Source of the DNA: Escherichia coli
Lineage (GTDB): Bacteria; Pseudomonadota; Gammaproteobacteria; Enterobacterales; Enterobacteriaceae
Strand: one strand, 5' to 3'
Assembly: GCF_011045215.1 (NCBI RefSeq)
Contig: NZ_CP049201.1
Length of the DNA stretch: 64,000 nt
The translations under genes were made by a program, and so were the position numbers. The notes beneath the pieces were generated by a model. The model did not search any database, was not told where the DNA came from, and worked only from the letters and a program-made list of their open reading frames with translations. How positions within the stretch are numbered: position 1 is the first letter of the stretch; each line of letters starts with the position of its first letter. Of this stretch, positions 18,310 to 29,315 are shown piece after piece.

Positions 18310-20748
18310 ATGGCTATCAAAAAAACCGAACTCTATTCTTCCCTGTGGGCAAGCTGCGACGAACTGCGTGGCGGGATGGACGCCAGCCAGTACAAAGACT
18401 ATGTACTGACCCTGCTGTTTATGAAGTACGTTTCCGATAAGTATAAAGGCGATCCTTACGGGATGATCGTGATACCCAAAGGAGCCAGCTTTGACGATAT
18501 GGTTGCGCTGAAAAATGACAAAGAGATCGGCGACAAAATCAACAAAATCATCCACAAGCTGGCGGAAGAGAACGGCCTGAAGGGCGTCATCGACGAAGCC
18601 GACTTTAACGACGAAGATAAGCTCGGCAAAGGCAAGGAAATGATTGACCGCCTGAGCAAGCTTGTCGGTATCTTTGAAGGGTTAAATCTCTCCAGCAACC
18701 GGGCCGAAGGCGACGATCTGCTGGGCGATGCCTATGAATATCTGATGCGTCACTTCGCAACCGAATCCGGTAAGAGTAAAGGGCAGTTTTACACTCCAGC
18801 GGAGGTGTCACGTATTCTGGCGAAGGTGATTGGTATTACTCCCGATACTCCGCAAGATGCAACGGTTTATGACCCAACCTGTGGCTCTGGTTCGCTGCTG
18901 TTGAAAGTGAATGATGAAGCCCGGCGCGGACTGTCGATTTTCGGCCAGGAGATGGATAACGCTACCAGTGCGCTGGCGCGGATGAACATGATTCTGCATA
19001 ACAATGCCACCGCGAAAATCTGGCAGGGCAATACGCTGAGCGATCCGCAGTGGAAAGAGGCGAACGGCAAACTGAAAGCCTTCGATTTTGCCGTGGCGAA
19101 CCCGCCTTTTTCCAATAAAAACTGGACCAACGGGCTGACGCCGAAAAAAGATCCGTTTGAACGCTTCGGCTGGGGTATTCCGCCGGAAAAAAACGGCGAT
19201 TATGCTTTTTTGTTGCATATCATTAAAAGCCTGAAAAGTACCGGCAAAGGCGCGGTGATCCTGCCCCACGGCGTACTGTTTCGCGGTAACGCCGAAGCGA
19301 ATATCCGTGAAAATCTAATCAAGCAGGGCTATATCAAAGGCGTTATTGGTTTGCCAGCCAACCTGTTTTACGGCACCGGCATCCCGGCGTGCATCATTGT
19401 GATTGATAAAGAGCACGCCCACAGCCGCAAAGGCATTTTTATGATCGACGCCAGCCGGGGCTTTATCAAAGATGGCAACAAGAACCGCCTGCGTAGCCGA
19501 GATATTCACCGCATTGTGGACGTGTTCAACCATCAGCGAACGGTACCTGGCTACAGCCGGATGGTGCCCTCCAGCGAGATCGCCGGAAATGATTACAACC
19601 TGAATATTCCTCGCTATATCGAGAGCGGCGAGCCGGAAGATTTACACGATCTGACCGCGCACTTACAGGGCGGTATTCCGGCACGCGATGTGGATGCTTT
19701 GCAAGATTACTGGCGGGTATTCCCTGCCCTGCGCAACGTGCTGTTTGCTGACGACCGTCCCGGTTACTGTCGGGCGCAGGTGAACGCGCAACAGGTGAAA
19801 CCGACCATTCTGGCGCATCAGGAGTTTAAGGATTTTGCCACCCGCAGCCTGCTACCGTTTAAAGCGTGGGTGAAAGAGGCAAGTCTGGAAGAGATTCGCA
19901 AAGGTGATAAACCCAAAGCGCTAATCCACGATATCAGCGAAATGCTATTGGCGCAGTACGCCAACAGTGAGTTGCTGAACAAATACAGCGTGTACCAGAT
20001 CCTGATGGATTACTGGACTGATGTCATGCAAGACGATGTGTATGCGATTATGCAGGATGGCTGGCAAGCCGCCGCGCAAATCCGCGAGCTTCAGCCGGTG
20101 AAAGGCAAAGATGGCAAAAACATCTGGAAAGAAACGCACGATTTCGAGTTTACCAAACGGCGCTACAAGGCCGATGTGCTGCCCCGTTCGCTGGTGGAAA
20201 TTCGCTGTTTCCCGGAACTGCTGGATGCGCTGAACCGCGCGCAGGAGCGCAGTGAAGAAGCCAGTCGTCAGCTAGTGGAATTCATCGAGGAGCAGGCAGG
20301 TGAAGAGGATCTGCTGGCCGAGGCGAAGAACGATAAAGATAAGGTGACGCAAAAGCTGGTGAATGCCCGTCTAGCACAGTTAAAGAAAACCACTGCCGGC
20401 CCAGATGAGCTGGCAGTGCTGAACCGCTGCCTGGCGCTAATTAAGGCCGAAGCCAGTGCGAAAAAAGCGCTGAAAGCCGCACAAGAAGCGCTGGATCGGG
20501 CGGTGTTTAAACATTATCCCACGCTGGATGAAGCAGCGATTAAAACGCTGGTAGTGCAGGATAAGTGGCTGGCAACGTTGCAGGCAGGGATCAAGGCGGA
20601 GATTGAGCGTATTACCCAGCAACTGGCGTCGCGCGTAAAGGAGCTGGAAGAGCGTTATGCTGAACCGTTGCTAGCGCTTGAAGCCTCCGTTGAGGCGTTG
20701 AGCGAGAAAGTGGCCGGGCATTTGCGGGCGATGGGGCTGGAGTGGTGA
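18310..20748 (+). CDS. hsdM: Type I restriction-modification methyltransferase subunit HsdM (long form, 812 aa)
   Basis: AdoMet motif DPTCGSGSLL and catalytic NPPF; long coiled-coil C-terminal extension; stop overlaps hsdS start. Confidence 0.9.
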   Translation: MAIKKTELYSSLWASCDELRGGMDASQYKDYVLTLLFMKYVSDKYKGDPYGMIVIPKGASFDDMVALKNDKEIGDKINKIIHKLAEENGLKGVIDEADFNDEDKLGKGKEMIDRLSKLVGIFEGLNLSSNRAEGDDLLGDAYEYLMRHFATESGKSKGQFYTPAEVSRILAKVIGITPDTPQDATVYDPTCGSGSLLLKVNDEARRGLSIFGQEMDNATSALARMNMILHNNATAKIWQGNTLSDPQWKEANGKLKAFDFAVANPPFSNKNWTNGLTPKKDPFERFGWGIPPEKNGDYAFLLHIIKSLKSTGKGAVILPHGVLFRGNAEANIRENLIKQGYIKGVIGLPANLFYGTGIPACIIVIDKEHAHSRKGIFMIDASRGFIKDGNKNRLRSRDIHRIVDVFNHQRTVPGYSRMVPSSEIAGNDYNLNIPRYIESGEPEDLHDLTAHLQGGIPARDVDALQDYWRVFPALRNVLFADDRPGYCRAQVNAQQVKPTILAHQEFKDFATRSLLPFKAWVKEASLEEIRKGDKPKALIHDISEMLLAQYANSELLNKYSVYQILMDYWTDVMQDDVYAIMQDGWQAAAQIRELQPVKGKDGKNIWKETHDFEFTKRRYKADVLPRSLVEIRCFPELLDALNRAQERSEEASRQLVEFIEEQAGEEDLLAEAKNDKDKVTQKLVNARLAQLKKTTAGPDELAVLNRCLALIKAEASAKKALKAAQEALDRAVFKHYPTLDEAAIKTLVVQDKWLATLQAGIKAEIERITQQLASRVKELEERYAEPLLALEASVEALSEKVAGHLRAMGLEW

Positions 20749-22088
20749 TGGTGGATTTAATGGTGAATGAGCAACGGTCGAGTACGGCGGGGAAAGATGT
20801 GCCTGCGGGGTATAAACTGACTGAGGTGGGCGTGATTCCTGAGGATTGGGATTGCGTACCATTTGGTAATCTGTTTAAAACAAACACAAAGAAAAAAAAA
20901 GTCAGCGATTATGAGCTAGTTTCATTTATTGGGATGCAGGATGTTAGTGAAGATGCACAATTAAAAAATAATACTCAACTTCCTTTTAAAGAAGTTAAAA
21001 GTGGTTTTACTTACTTTGAAAAAGGGGATGTTTTATTAGCTAAAATAACCCCTTGTTTTGAAAATGGAAAAGGATGTCATACCGCTGATTTACCTACTAA
21101 TGTAGGTTTTGGGAGTACGGAATTTCATGTATTAAGGGAAAATGAAGACTCCGATTCTCGCTTCATCTATTTTTGGACAACTGATAAAAAATTCAGAGCA
21201 TCACTGGAATCTGAAATGGTGGGAAGTGCGGGACACCGTCGTGTGCCGCTAGTTGCTATAGAAAAATATTTGATTCCATGTCCCCCAAATTTGCAAGAGC
21301 AAAGTGCTATTGCTGATTCATTATCTGATATTAATAATTTTATTCTAGCTCTAGAAAAGCTTATCGTTAAAAAACAAGCCATTAAAACCGCTACTATGCA
21401 GCAACTACTGACGGGTAAAACCCGTTTGCCACAGTTTGCGTTACGCAAAGATGGCTCTGCTAAGGGATATAAAAAGAGCGAGTTGGGGGCGATTCCTGAA
21501 GATTGGGTAGTCACAAGCATTGGACAATTTACTGACTGCTGTGCTGGTGGAACTCCGAGTACTAAAATTTCAGCATATTGGGGAGGAACTCATCCTTGGA
21601 TGAGTTCCGGCGAATTACACTTAAAACAAGTGTATGCTGTAGCCGATTATATAACCGACGAAGGGCTTGTTAACTCCAGTACAAAGTATGTGCCTAAAAA
21701 TTCTGTATTAGTCGGATTGGCAGGACAAGGAAAGACTCGAGGGACTGTAGCAATTAATCGCATTGAATTATGTACTAATCAGTCTATTGCTGCGATTTTC
21801 CCCAGCAAACATCATTCCACAGAATTCCTGTTCTATAACCTCGACAGTCGTTATGAGGAACTGAGAAGTTTATCTACTGGTGATGGGGGGCGTGGTGGGT
21901 TGAATCTTACTATTATCAGGAAATTACATCTTGCATTTCCGCCAAAAGAAGAACAAGCCGCCATCGCCGCCATCCTCTCCGATATGGACAAGGAAATCCA
22001 GATCCTGCAACAGCGTCTGGACAAAACCCGCCAGCTTAAGCAAGGGATGATGCAGGAACTGTTAACCGGGAAAATCCGCTTAATATAG
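20748..22088 (+). CDS. hsdS: Type I R-M specificity subunit HsdS
   Basis: Two target-recognition-domain architecture with conserved central and C-terminal repeats (LLTGKTRLP / LLTGKIRL); ATG overlaps hsdM TGA (ATGA). Confidence 0.85.
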   Translation: MVDLMVNEQRSSTAGKDVPAGYKLTEVGVIPEDWDCVPFGNLFKTNTKKKKVSDYELVSFIGMQDVSEDAQLKNNTQLPFKEVKSGFTYFEKGDVLLAKITPCFENGKGCHTADLPTNVGFGSTEFHVLRENEDSDSRFIYFWTTDKKFRASLESEMVGSAGHRRVPLVAIEKYLIPCPPNLQEQSAIADSLSDINNFILALEKLIVKKQAIKTATMQQLLTGKTRLPQFALRKDGSAKGYKKSELGAIPEDWVVTSIGQFTDCCAGGTPSTKISAYWGGTHPWMSSGELHLKQVYAVADYITDEGLVNSSTKYVPKNSVLVGLAGQGKTRGTVAINRIELCTNQSIAAIFPSKHHSTEFLFYNLDSRYEELRSLSTGDGGRGGLNLTIIRKLHLAFPPKEEQAAIAAILSDMDKEIQILQQRLDKTRQLKQGMMQELLTGKIRLI

Positions 22089-22100
22089 AAGGGAAAGCAC

Positions 22101-22757
22101 ATGGCTTATGATTACAGCGCCAGCCTCAACCCGCAAAAAGCTCTGATCTGGCGTATCGTCCATCGGGACAATATCCCGTGGATTCTGGATAACGGGCTGC
22201 ACTGCGGCAACAGTCTGGTGCAGGCGGAAAACTGGATCAATATCGGCAACCCGGAGCTGATCGGCAAGCGTGCCGGGCATCCGGTACCTGTCGGAACGGG
22301 CGGGACACTGCATGACTATGTGCCGTTTTATTTTACCCCCTTCTCGCCAATGCTGATGAACATCCACAGCGGGCGCGGCGGCATTAAGCAACGCCCCAAT
22401 GAGGAGATCGTTATTCTGGTCAGCAACTTGCGGAACGTGGCAGCACACGACGTGCCCTTCGTGTTTACCGACAGCCATGCTTACTATAACTGGACCAACT
22501 ACTACACCAGTCTGAATAGTCTGGACCAGATCGACTGGCCCATTTTGCAGGCACGGGACTTTCGCCGCGATCCAGACGATCCGGCTAAATTTGAACGCTA
22601 TCAGGCAGAGGCGCTAATCTGGCAACACTGCCCGATCTCTCTGCTGGATGGGATAATTTGTTACAGCGAAGAGGTCAGGTTACAATTAGAGCAATGGCTG
22701 TTTCAGCGTAATCTAACAATGTCCGTTCACACACGGGCTGGATGGTACTTCTCATGA
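22101..22757 (+). CDS. darT: DarT-like DNA ADP-ribosyltransferase toxin (DUF4433)
   Basis: 218-aa ORF immediately followed by a macrodomain gene with overlapping stop/start; family call from recalled DUF4433 features. Confidence 0.7.
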
Positions 22758-23821
22758 TCACATATACACAAGGCAATTTACTGGACGCACCGGTGGAAGC
22801 TCTGGTGAATACGGTTAATACCGTCGGTGTCATGGGGAAAGGCATCGCGTTGATGTTTAAAGAGCGCTTCCCCGAAAATATGAAAGTCTATGCCCTCGCT
22901 TGCAAACAAAAGCAGGTGATCACCGGCAAAATGTTCATTACCGAAACCGGGGAACTGATGGGACCGCGCTGGATTGTTAATTTTCCGACCAAACAGCACT
23001 GGCGCGCTGATTCCCGCATGGAGTGGATTGAAGATGGCTTGCAGGACTTACGCCGCTTTTTGATTGAAGAGAACGTGCAGTCCATCGCCATTCCACCACT
23101 GGGCGCAGGCAACGGTGGTTTGAACTGGCCGGACGTTCGGGCGCAGATTGAATCTGCCCTTGGCGACCTTCAGGACGTTGATATCCTGATTTACCAACCG
23201 ACTGAAAAATACCAGAACGTTGCCAAAAGCACTGGCGTAAAAAAGCTCACTCCCGCCAGAGCCGCCATCGCTGAACTGGTGCGTCGCTACTGGGTATTGG
23301 GGATGGAGTGCAGCCTACTGGAAATCCAGAAACTGGCCTGGCTGTTACAACGCGCCATTGAGCAGCATCAACAGGACGATATCCTCAAACTGCGGTTTGA
23401 AGCTCACTATTATGGCCCCTATGCGCCCAATCTGAACCATCTGCTTAATGCGCTGGACGGCACCTATCTAAAAGCCGAGAAACGCATCCCGGACAGCCAA
23501 CCGCTGGATGTGATCTGGTTTAACGATCAAAAAAAAGAACACGTTAATGCGTATCTGAACAACGAAGCCAGAGAGTGGCTACCTGCGCTGGAGCAGGTCA
23601 GCCAGTTAATTGACGGCTTTGAATCGCCGTTTGGTCTGGAGTTGCTGGCAACCGTAGACTGGTTGCTGAGCCGTGGCGAATGTCAACCAACGCTGGATTC
23701 CGTTAAGGAAGGACTGCACCAGTGGCCTGCGGGCGAACGCTGGGCCAGCCGTAAGTTGAGGCTGTTTGATAATAATAATCTGCAATTTGCCATTAACCGC
23801 GTAATGGAGTTCCATTGCTGA
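22754..23821 (+). CDS. darG: DarG-like macrodomain antitoxin
   Basis: N-terminal macrodomain signature ([36 protein letters not shown]) plus C-terminal extension; ATG overlaps darT TGA; alternative in-frame ATG at 22742. Confidence 0.75.
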
Positions 23822-23839
23822 GGGTTTAAGGAGCGCCTT

Positions 23840-26800
23840 TTGAGTACCGTGGGCCAGCGCGAACGCGCCACACAGCAGCGTCTGATTCAGTTTTTTGTTG
23901 AAGATTTAGGATACCGCCATCTGAGTCACCGCACCGGGTACACCGGGAACAGCAACATCGACACTAATATACTGAGCGCGTGGCTAAAACGGCGCGGCGT
24001 TAATGATACGTTGATCACCCGGGCGTTGCGGCAACTGGATTCCGCCGCCGCCCTGGGCGAAGGCAAAAAACTCTATTACGCCAATAAAGAGGTCTATCGC
24101 CTGCTGCGTTACGGCGTGAAAGACAAAGAAGGTGCAGGCGAGCAGAACCAAACCGTGTGGCTGATTGACTGGGCCAACCCACAAGCCAATGATTTCGCCA
24201 TCGCCGATGAGGTGACGGTCAAAGGCGAGTACTGCAAGCGCCCGGATCTGGTGCTGTACGTTAACGGCATTGCGCTGGGCGTGATTGAACTTAAGCGTTC
24301 GTCAGTGCACGTCAGCGAAGGTATCCGGCAGAATCTCGATAATCAAAAGAAAACCTTTATCCGCGATTTCTTCACCACTATGCAGTTAGTGATGGCAGGC
24401 AACGATACGCAGGGCCTGCGCTACGGCACCATCGAAACCCCGGAAAAATACTATCTGGAGTGGAAAGAAGATAATCCAGGCGACTATACACATAAACTCG
24501 ACTTTCATTTAAGTCGTCTGTGTAGCAAATCCAGGCTGTTGGATATCGTCCATAATTACATTGTCTTTGATGTCGGGGTGAAAAAACTCTGCCGCCATAA
24601 TCAGTTCTTCGGCGTCGAGGCGGCTAAGCAACATATTGCCCGTCGTGAAGGCGGTATTATCTGGCACACACAGGGATCGGGTAAAAGCCTGACGATGGTC
24701 TGGCTGGCGAAGTGGATCCGTGAAAATGTGCCAAACTCCCGCGTGTTGATTGTGACTGACCGCACCGAACTGGATGAACAGATCGAAAGCGTGTTTATGG
24801 GCGTGAATGAAGATATTTATCGCACCTCCAGCGGCAACGATCTTATCGCAACGCTCAATCATCCTAACCCGTGGCTTATTTGCTCGCTGGTGCATAAATT
24901 TGGTTGTCGCAGCGAAGCTGAAGACAATGCGGCTACCGACGCCTTTATCACCGAATTACAGCAGTCCCTGACGAAAACATTCCGCGCCAAAGGCGATCTG
25001 TTTGTTTTTGTGGACGAGTGCCACCGCACACAATCCGGCAAGCTGCATAACGCCATGACTGCCATTCTGCCGGACGCCCTGTTTATCGGTTTTACCGGCA
25101 CACCGCTGATGAAGAAAGATAAGAAGAAGTCGGTTGAGGTGTTCGGCCCTTATATCCATACCTATAAATTTGATGAAGCGGTGGCCGACGGTGTGGTGCT
25201 GGATCTGCGCTACGAGGCGCGCGATATTGACCAGTATCTGACATCAGAGAAAAAGGTCGATGACTGGTTTGAAGCCAAGACTCGCGGTTTGTCGAATTTA
25301 GCCAGGACCCAGCTTAAGCAAAAGTGGGGATCAATGCAGAAGCTGCTCTCCAGCAAGTCGCGGCTGGAGCAGATCGTTAACGACATTTTGCTGGATATGG
25401 ATACCCGTCCACGCCTGATGGACGGGCGCGGCAACGCCATGCTGGTATGCAGCAGTATCTATCAAGCCTGCAAGGTTTACGAGATGTTCAGCCAGACCGA
25501 GCTGGCAGGAAAAGTAGCGATTGTGACCAGCTATCGCCCCGATGCCGCCAGCATCAAAGGCGAAGAAACGGGCGAAGGGTTAACGGAGAAACTCTCTAAA
25601 CACGCCACCTATCGTAAAATGTTGGCTGACTATTTTGAACAAAGTGAAGAGAAGGCCGCCGCACGCATTACCGAGTTCGAGCGGGAAGTGAAACAACGTT
25701 TTATTGAAGAGCCGGGGCAAATGCGCCTGCTTATCGTGGTGGACAAGCTGTTGACTGGCTTTGACGCGCCGTCCGCCACCTATCTCTACATTGATAAAAC
25801 CATGACCGACCATACGCTGTTTCAGGCGATTTGTCGGGTGAACCGGCTGGACGGTGAGGATAAAGAGTATGGCTATATTATCGATTATAAAGATCTGTTC
25901 CGTTCGCTGGATAAAGCGATTACCGATTACACCACGGGCGCGTTTGATGATTACGATCGGGACGATGTGGCCGGGTTGCTGAAAGACAGGCTGGAGCAGG
26001 CGCAACTGGATCTCGACAGCGCGCTGGAGATGGTTCGCAGCTTATGTGAGCCCGTCAAAACCCCGCGCAGCCTGCAGGACTATCAGCACTATTTTTGCGG
26101 TAAATCAGGAGAGAATCAGACTTCGTTAAACGAAAAAGAGGCGCTGCGCCTGACATTTTACCAGTGCGTCGCCCGTCTGCTACGCGCTTATGCCAGCATC
26201 GCCAATGAAATGCCGGAAGCAGGCTACACTGCCGAAGAGGTAGAGAGCATTCGCGCCGAAGTCGCTGAATTCGAAAAACTGCGCTATGAGATTAAGCTGA
26301 CCAGCGGCGATCTTCTGGATATGAAGCGCTTTGAACCCGCTATGCGTCATTTACTGGATATGTATGTTCGCGCCGATGGTAGCGAAGTGCTGATGGATTT
26401 TGAAGAGTTAAGTCTGATTGAACTGATTGTCGAGAAAGGCTTGGCGGCGACCGTCGCCCTGCCGGATGATATCCGTAATAATCAGGATGCGATGGCGGAA
26501 ACCATCGAAAACAACGTGCGCAAAACCATCGTGGATGAAAACCCGGTTAACCCAAAATACTATGGACGCATGTCGCAGCTGCTGGATGAACTGATTACCC
26601 TTCGCCGACAAAATGCGCTCAATTATCAGCAGTATCTGGAACGTATCCGCGATTTGTGTAAACAGGTCATCCGCCCGGAGCAAACCGCCGGAGCGTGCTA
26701 CCCTGCCACCATGGATACACAAGCAAAGCGCGCCTTCTATGACAACTTCGGCCACGACGAGGTACTGGCGACCCGCATAGATACGACAATTCGCTATACC

Positions 26801-26935
26801 AAAAGGGCAGAGTGGATTGGCGATCGTTTTAAAGAACGGGAAATTGCCAACGCATTACGTGAAGAGACCGCCAGCTATAATATTGATATTGATGAGGTGA
26901 TAGCGCTTGCCCGTCAGCAGAAGGAATATCACTGA
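23840..26935 (+). CDS. hsdR: Type I restriction endonuclease subunit HsdR (1031 aa)
   Basis: SF2 helicase motifs (HTQGSGKSLTM Walker A, VFVDECHR DEAH-box); TTG start 7 nt after AAGGAG. Confidence 0.9.
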   Translation: MSTVGQRERATQQRLIQFFVEDLGYRHLSHRTGYTGNSNIDTNILSAWLKRRGVNDTLITRALRQLDSAAALGEGKKLYYANKEVYRLLRYGVKDKEGAGEQNQTVWLIDWANPQANDFAIADEVTVKGEYCKRPDLVLYVNGIALGVIELKRSSVHVSEGIRQNLDNQKKTFIRDFFTTMQLVMAGNDTQGLRYGTIETPEKYYLEWKEDNPGDYTHKLDFHLSRLCSKSRLLDIVHNYIVFDVGVKKLCRHNQFFGVEAAKQHIARREGGIIWHTQGSGKSLTMVWLAKWIRENVPNSRVLIVTDRTELDEQIESVFMGVNEDIYRTSSGNDLIATLNHPNPWLICSLVHKFGCRSEAEDNAATDAFITELQQSLTKTFRAKGDLFVFVDECHRTQSGKLHNAMTAILPDALFIGFTGTPLMKKDKKKSVEVFGPYIHTYKFDEAVADGVVLDLRYEARDIDQYLTSEKKVDDWFEAKTRGLSNLARTQLKQKWGSMQKLLSSKSRLEQIVNDILLDMDTRPRLMDGRGNAMLVCSSIYQACKVYEMFSQTELAGKVAIVTSYRPDAASIKGEETGEGLTEKLSKHATYRKMLADYFEQSEEKAAARITEFEREVKQRFIEEPGQMRLLIVVDKLLTGFDAPSATYLYIDKTMTDHTLFQAICRVNRLDGEDKEYGYIIDYKDLFRSLDKAITDYTTGAFDDYDRDDVAGLLKDRLEQAQLDLDSALEMVRSLCEPVKTPRSLQDYQHYFCGKSGENQTSLNEKEALRLTFYQCVARLLRAYASIANEMPEAGYTAEEVESIRAEVAEFEKLRYEIKLTSGDLLDMKRFEPAMRHLLDMYVRADGSEVLMDFEELSLIELIVEKGLAATVALPDDIRNNQDAMAETIENNVRKTIVDENPVNPKYYGRMSQLLDELITLRRQNALNYQQYLERIRDLCKQVIRPEQTAGACYPATMDTQAKRAFYDNFGHDEVLATRIDTTIRYTKRAEWIGDRFKEREIANALREETASYNIDIDEVIALARQQKEYH

Positions 26936-27651
26936 TGCCAATCATGCAAATAGGCTCGTTACACTTGCTGGTCAACCGTAAGGCGATTAAGAATCTGCAT
27001 ATCAGCGTGCTGCCGCCTGATGGCAAAGTCCGCGTTTCAGCGCCGGAACATATGACGGAGACGGCGATTCGTATGGCGGTTGCTTCACGCTTTCGCTGGA
27101 TCAGAAAACAGCAGCAGGATTTCGCCAGACAGCCTCGTCAATCAGAGAGGGAAATGGTCAGCGGAGAGTGCCACTATCTTTGGGGCCGAAGATATCGCCT
27201 ACTTGTGATTGAGCGTCACGGGCGTCACGAAGTAAAAGTTGCGGGAAATAATAAGCTCCAGCTTTATGTTCAACCGGGAACCCGTGATGAAAATAAGGCA
27301 TTGGCGTTAAGTGAATTTTATCGACATGAACTAAAACAGCAGGTGGCTAAGCTTCTACCTGAATGGCAAGACCGAATCGGTGTTCCCCTAACATTCTGGG
27401 GCATCAAAAAGATGAAAACCTTTTGGGGCACCTGTAACACTACAACAAAACGAATCTGGCTCAATCTGGAGCTAATTAAGAAGCCGCCGGAGTGTCTGGA
27501 GTATATTCTGGTGCATGAACTGGTTCATCTTCTGGAACGTCACCATAATGCTCGCTTCCGGTTGCATATGGATCGGTTTATTCCTGACTGGCGTGAGCGT
27601 CGGGATTTGTTAAATAATATGCCGTTAGCGTTTGAGGCATGGGAGTATTGA
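26935..27651 (+). CDS. M48/DUF45 (YgjP-like) zinc metallopeptidase-fold protein
   Basis: HEXXH motif (HELVHLLERHH); ATG overlaps hsdR stop. Confidence 0.75.
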   Translation: MPIMQIGSLHLLVNRKAIKNLHISVLPPDGKVRVSAPEHMTETAIRMAVASRFRWIRKQQQDFARQPRQSEREMVSGECHYLWGRRYRLLVIERHGRHEVKVAGNNKLQLYVQPGTRDENKALALSEFYRHELKQQVAKLLPEWQDRIGVPLTFWGIKKMKTFWGTCNTTTKRIWLNLELIKKPPECLEYILVHELVHLLERHHNARFRLHMDRFIPDWRERRDLLNNMPLAFEAWEY

Positions 27652-27907
27652 TTGAGCCTGTAACTGTTTTTTGTCCATAAATTAACCTTCATTTGATGCT
27701 GGATAGAACATATCAAAATCAGACAATTACACAAATCTATGTACAGGCTCAACTCCTGCCATGGAACGTAGTACTCACCAATAAGTAAGCATCAATACGG
27801 CGCTCCGTTAACGCTTACTAGCATGGTTATCTCCTTAAAAAATTGAGGCGACAACTATGCTGACACAGGGGGTTACTCACCGATCTCCTTCACGGTAATA
27901 CGCAGTT

Positions 27908-28024
27908 CTTCAGAACCCGCCTCCGATACCAGCCTGGCGGTCGCCCCGGCGCAAGCAAAATAAATCGACCATTGTCAGACTGCGATCGTTCGGATGCCCC
28001 GCCACCGACGCATCAGTATGAGTT
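27908..28024. repeat. Direct repeat copy A (~117 bp), partner at 36875..37003
   Basis: cttcagaacccgcctccgataccagcctggcg...gcaagcaaaataaatc.accattgtcagactgcgatc shared with copy B at ~88% identity by eye. Confidence 0.7.
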
Positions 28025-28258
28025 AACCGAAACGATACAAAATTGCCTGAGAATCATTACGCTGGCTGATGGAAGGCACACCAAAAGCCTCTGCACAGAA
28101 CGATGTTCGGCAACAACAGAAACATGATTGCGTTCATGGCAATAGTCATTCGTACCGTTACAGGCGGTATTGATTTATTACAGACAAGCGGTACATATAT
28201 GTACCGCTTGGTTAAGTAAAAAAACAGATATGAACGCTATTATGTTCATTCTACTTTA

Positions 28259-28816
28259 TTAAAAGCGATAACCCACGCCAATATTGAATCCATTAATGGA
28301 ATAATTATCGCCAAGTTTTGCTCTGGTTCCTTCATATCCGGCATTAATTGTAATATTACTTGTCGGATTGATCATTACCCCGGCAGCATAAGCAAAAGAT
28401 GTGGATTTTTTCGAAATATTTTCTCTGGCGAAATAACCATCAACGTTTGTCCATGCTGTTTTACCATCAGCTTTAACATGCGCCACGCCGCCAGCCGCAT
28501 ACAGTGACATATAATCGTTAATGCGCCATACGGGGCCGGTCAGTAAGGAATAATATTTTGCATCAACCTGGTTTTTAATTGAATCGCCATATGAATGATA
28601 TTCCTGATTACCATCCCCTTTCATCCAGGAGAAACTGCCCATAATACTGACCGGGGAGTCCCATTCATACCTGTACTGCAGGTTTACCCCTCTAATATTC
28701 TTGAAGTTCTGAATTTTACTCTGTGCATAACCGACAGAAAACGAATGGTTGTCAGCCAGCACGGAACCGCTTGCCACTGATAATATGATGGCTGAAAGAA
28801 CTGACAGTTTTTTCAT
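28259..28816 (-). CDS. Ail/Lom/OmpX-family outer-membrane beta-barrel protein
   Basis: Signal peptide MKKLSVLSAIILSVASGSVLA, alternating amphipathic strands, C-terminal ...NIGVGYRF aromatic terminus. Confidence 0.8.
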   Translation of the reverse strand: MKKLSVLSAIILSVASGSVLADNHSFSVGYAQSKIQNFKNIRGVNLQYRYEWDSPVSIMGSFSWMKGDGNQEYHSYGDSIKNQVDAKYYSLLTGPVWRINDYMSLYAAGGVAHVKADGKTAWTNVDGYFARENISKKSTSFAYAAGVMINPTSNITINAGYEGTRAKLGDNYSINGFNIGVGYRF

Positions 28817-29081
28817 TTTATTATCTCCATTGTTAATGAGAGTTATTTGATGAAATAATGATGCTAATATTTCTATCTGATGTCAATCACTCTGAGGGTG
28901 GTTGATACGTCAGAGGAACAACAGCTACATTAATATGCTATTTCAACCGGTTATCAGCATTAATTACAGCATACTTGTTCTGAATATCTCCGCATTCACG
29001 ATCAGCTTTACGACAGACAGTCATTTCTCTGTCAAAAGCATGTACCTCGTCGTAGCTGAGGTAGTTATTCTCAACAACATT

Positions 29082-29315
29082 TCAGAACCCCTTAACTTTC
29101 ATGATATGCAACAAACCAATACCCAAGCCTAAGATCCCCCCCCCATACACACTCATTTTTAACAGTCTAGAAAACTGAAAAACTTCAAATGATATTGGGG
29201 CATTCAAATAAAAATACATAAATATCTTCAGAAGAAGATAAAAAATCGAACCGACTATAAACAAACCAAATATGCATACAGTCATTAATAAGACAACAAT
29301 AAGAAGGTTCTTCAT
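29082..29315 (-). CDS. Orphan CdiI-like immunity protein (77 aa, two predicted TM helices)
   Basis: Small hydrophobic ORF overlapping the stop of the orphan cdiA-CT by 4 nt. Confidence 0.6.
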   Translation of the reverse strand: MKNLLIVVLLMTVCIFGLFIVGSIFYLLLKIFMYFYLNAPISFEVFQFSRLLKMSVYGGGILGLGIGLLHIMKVKGF

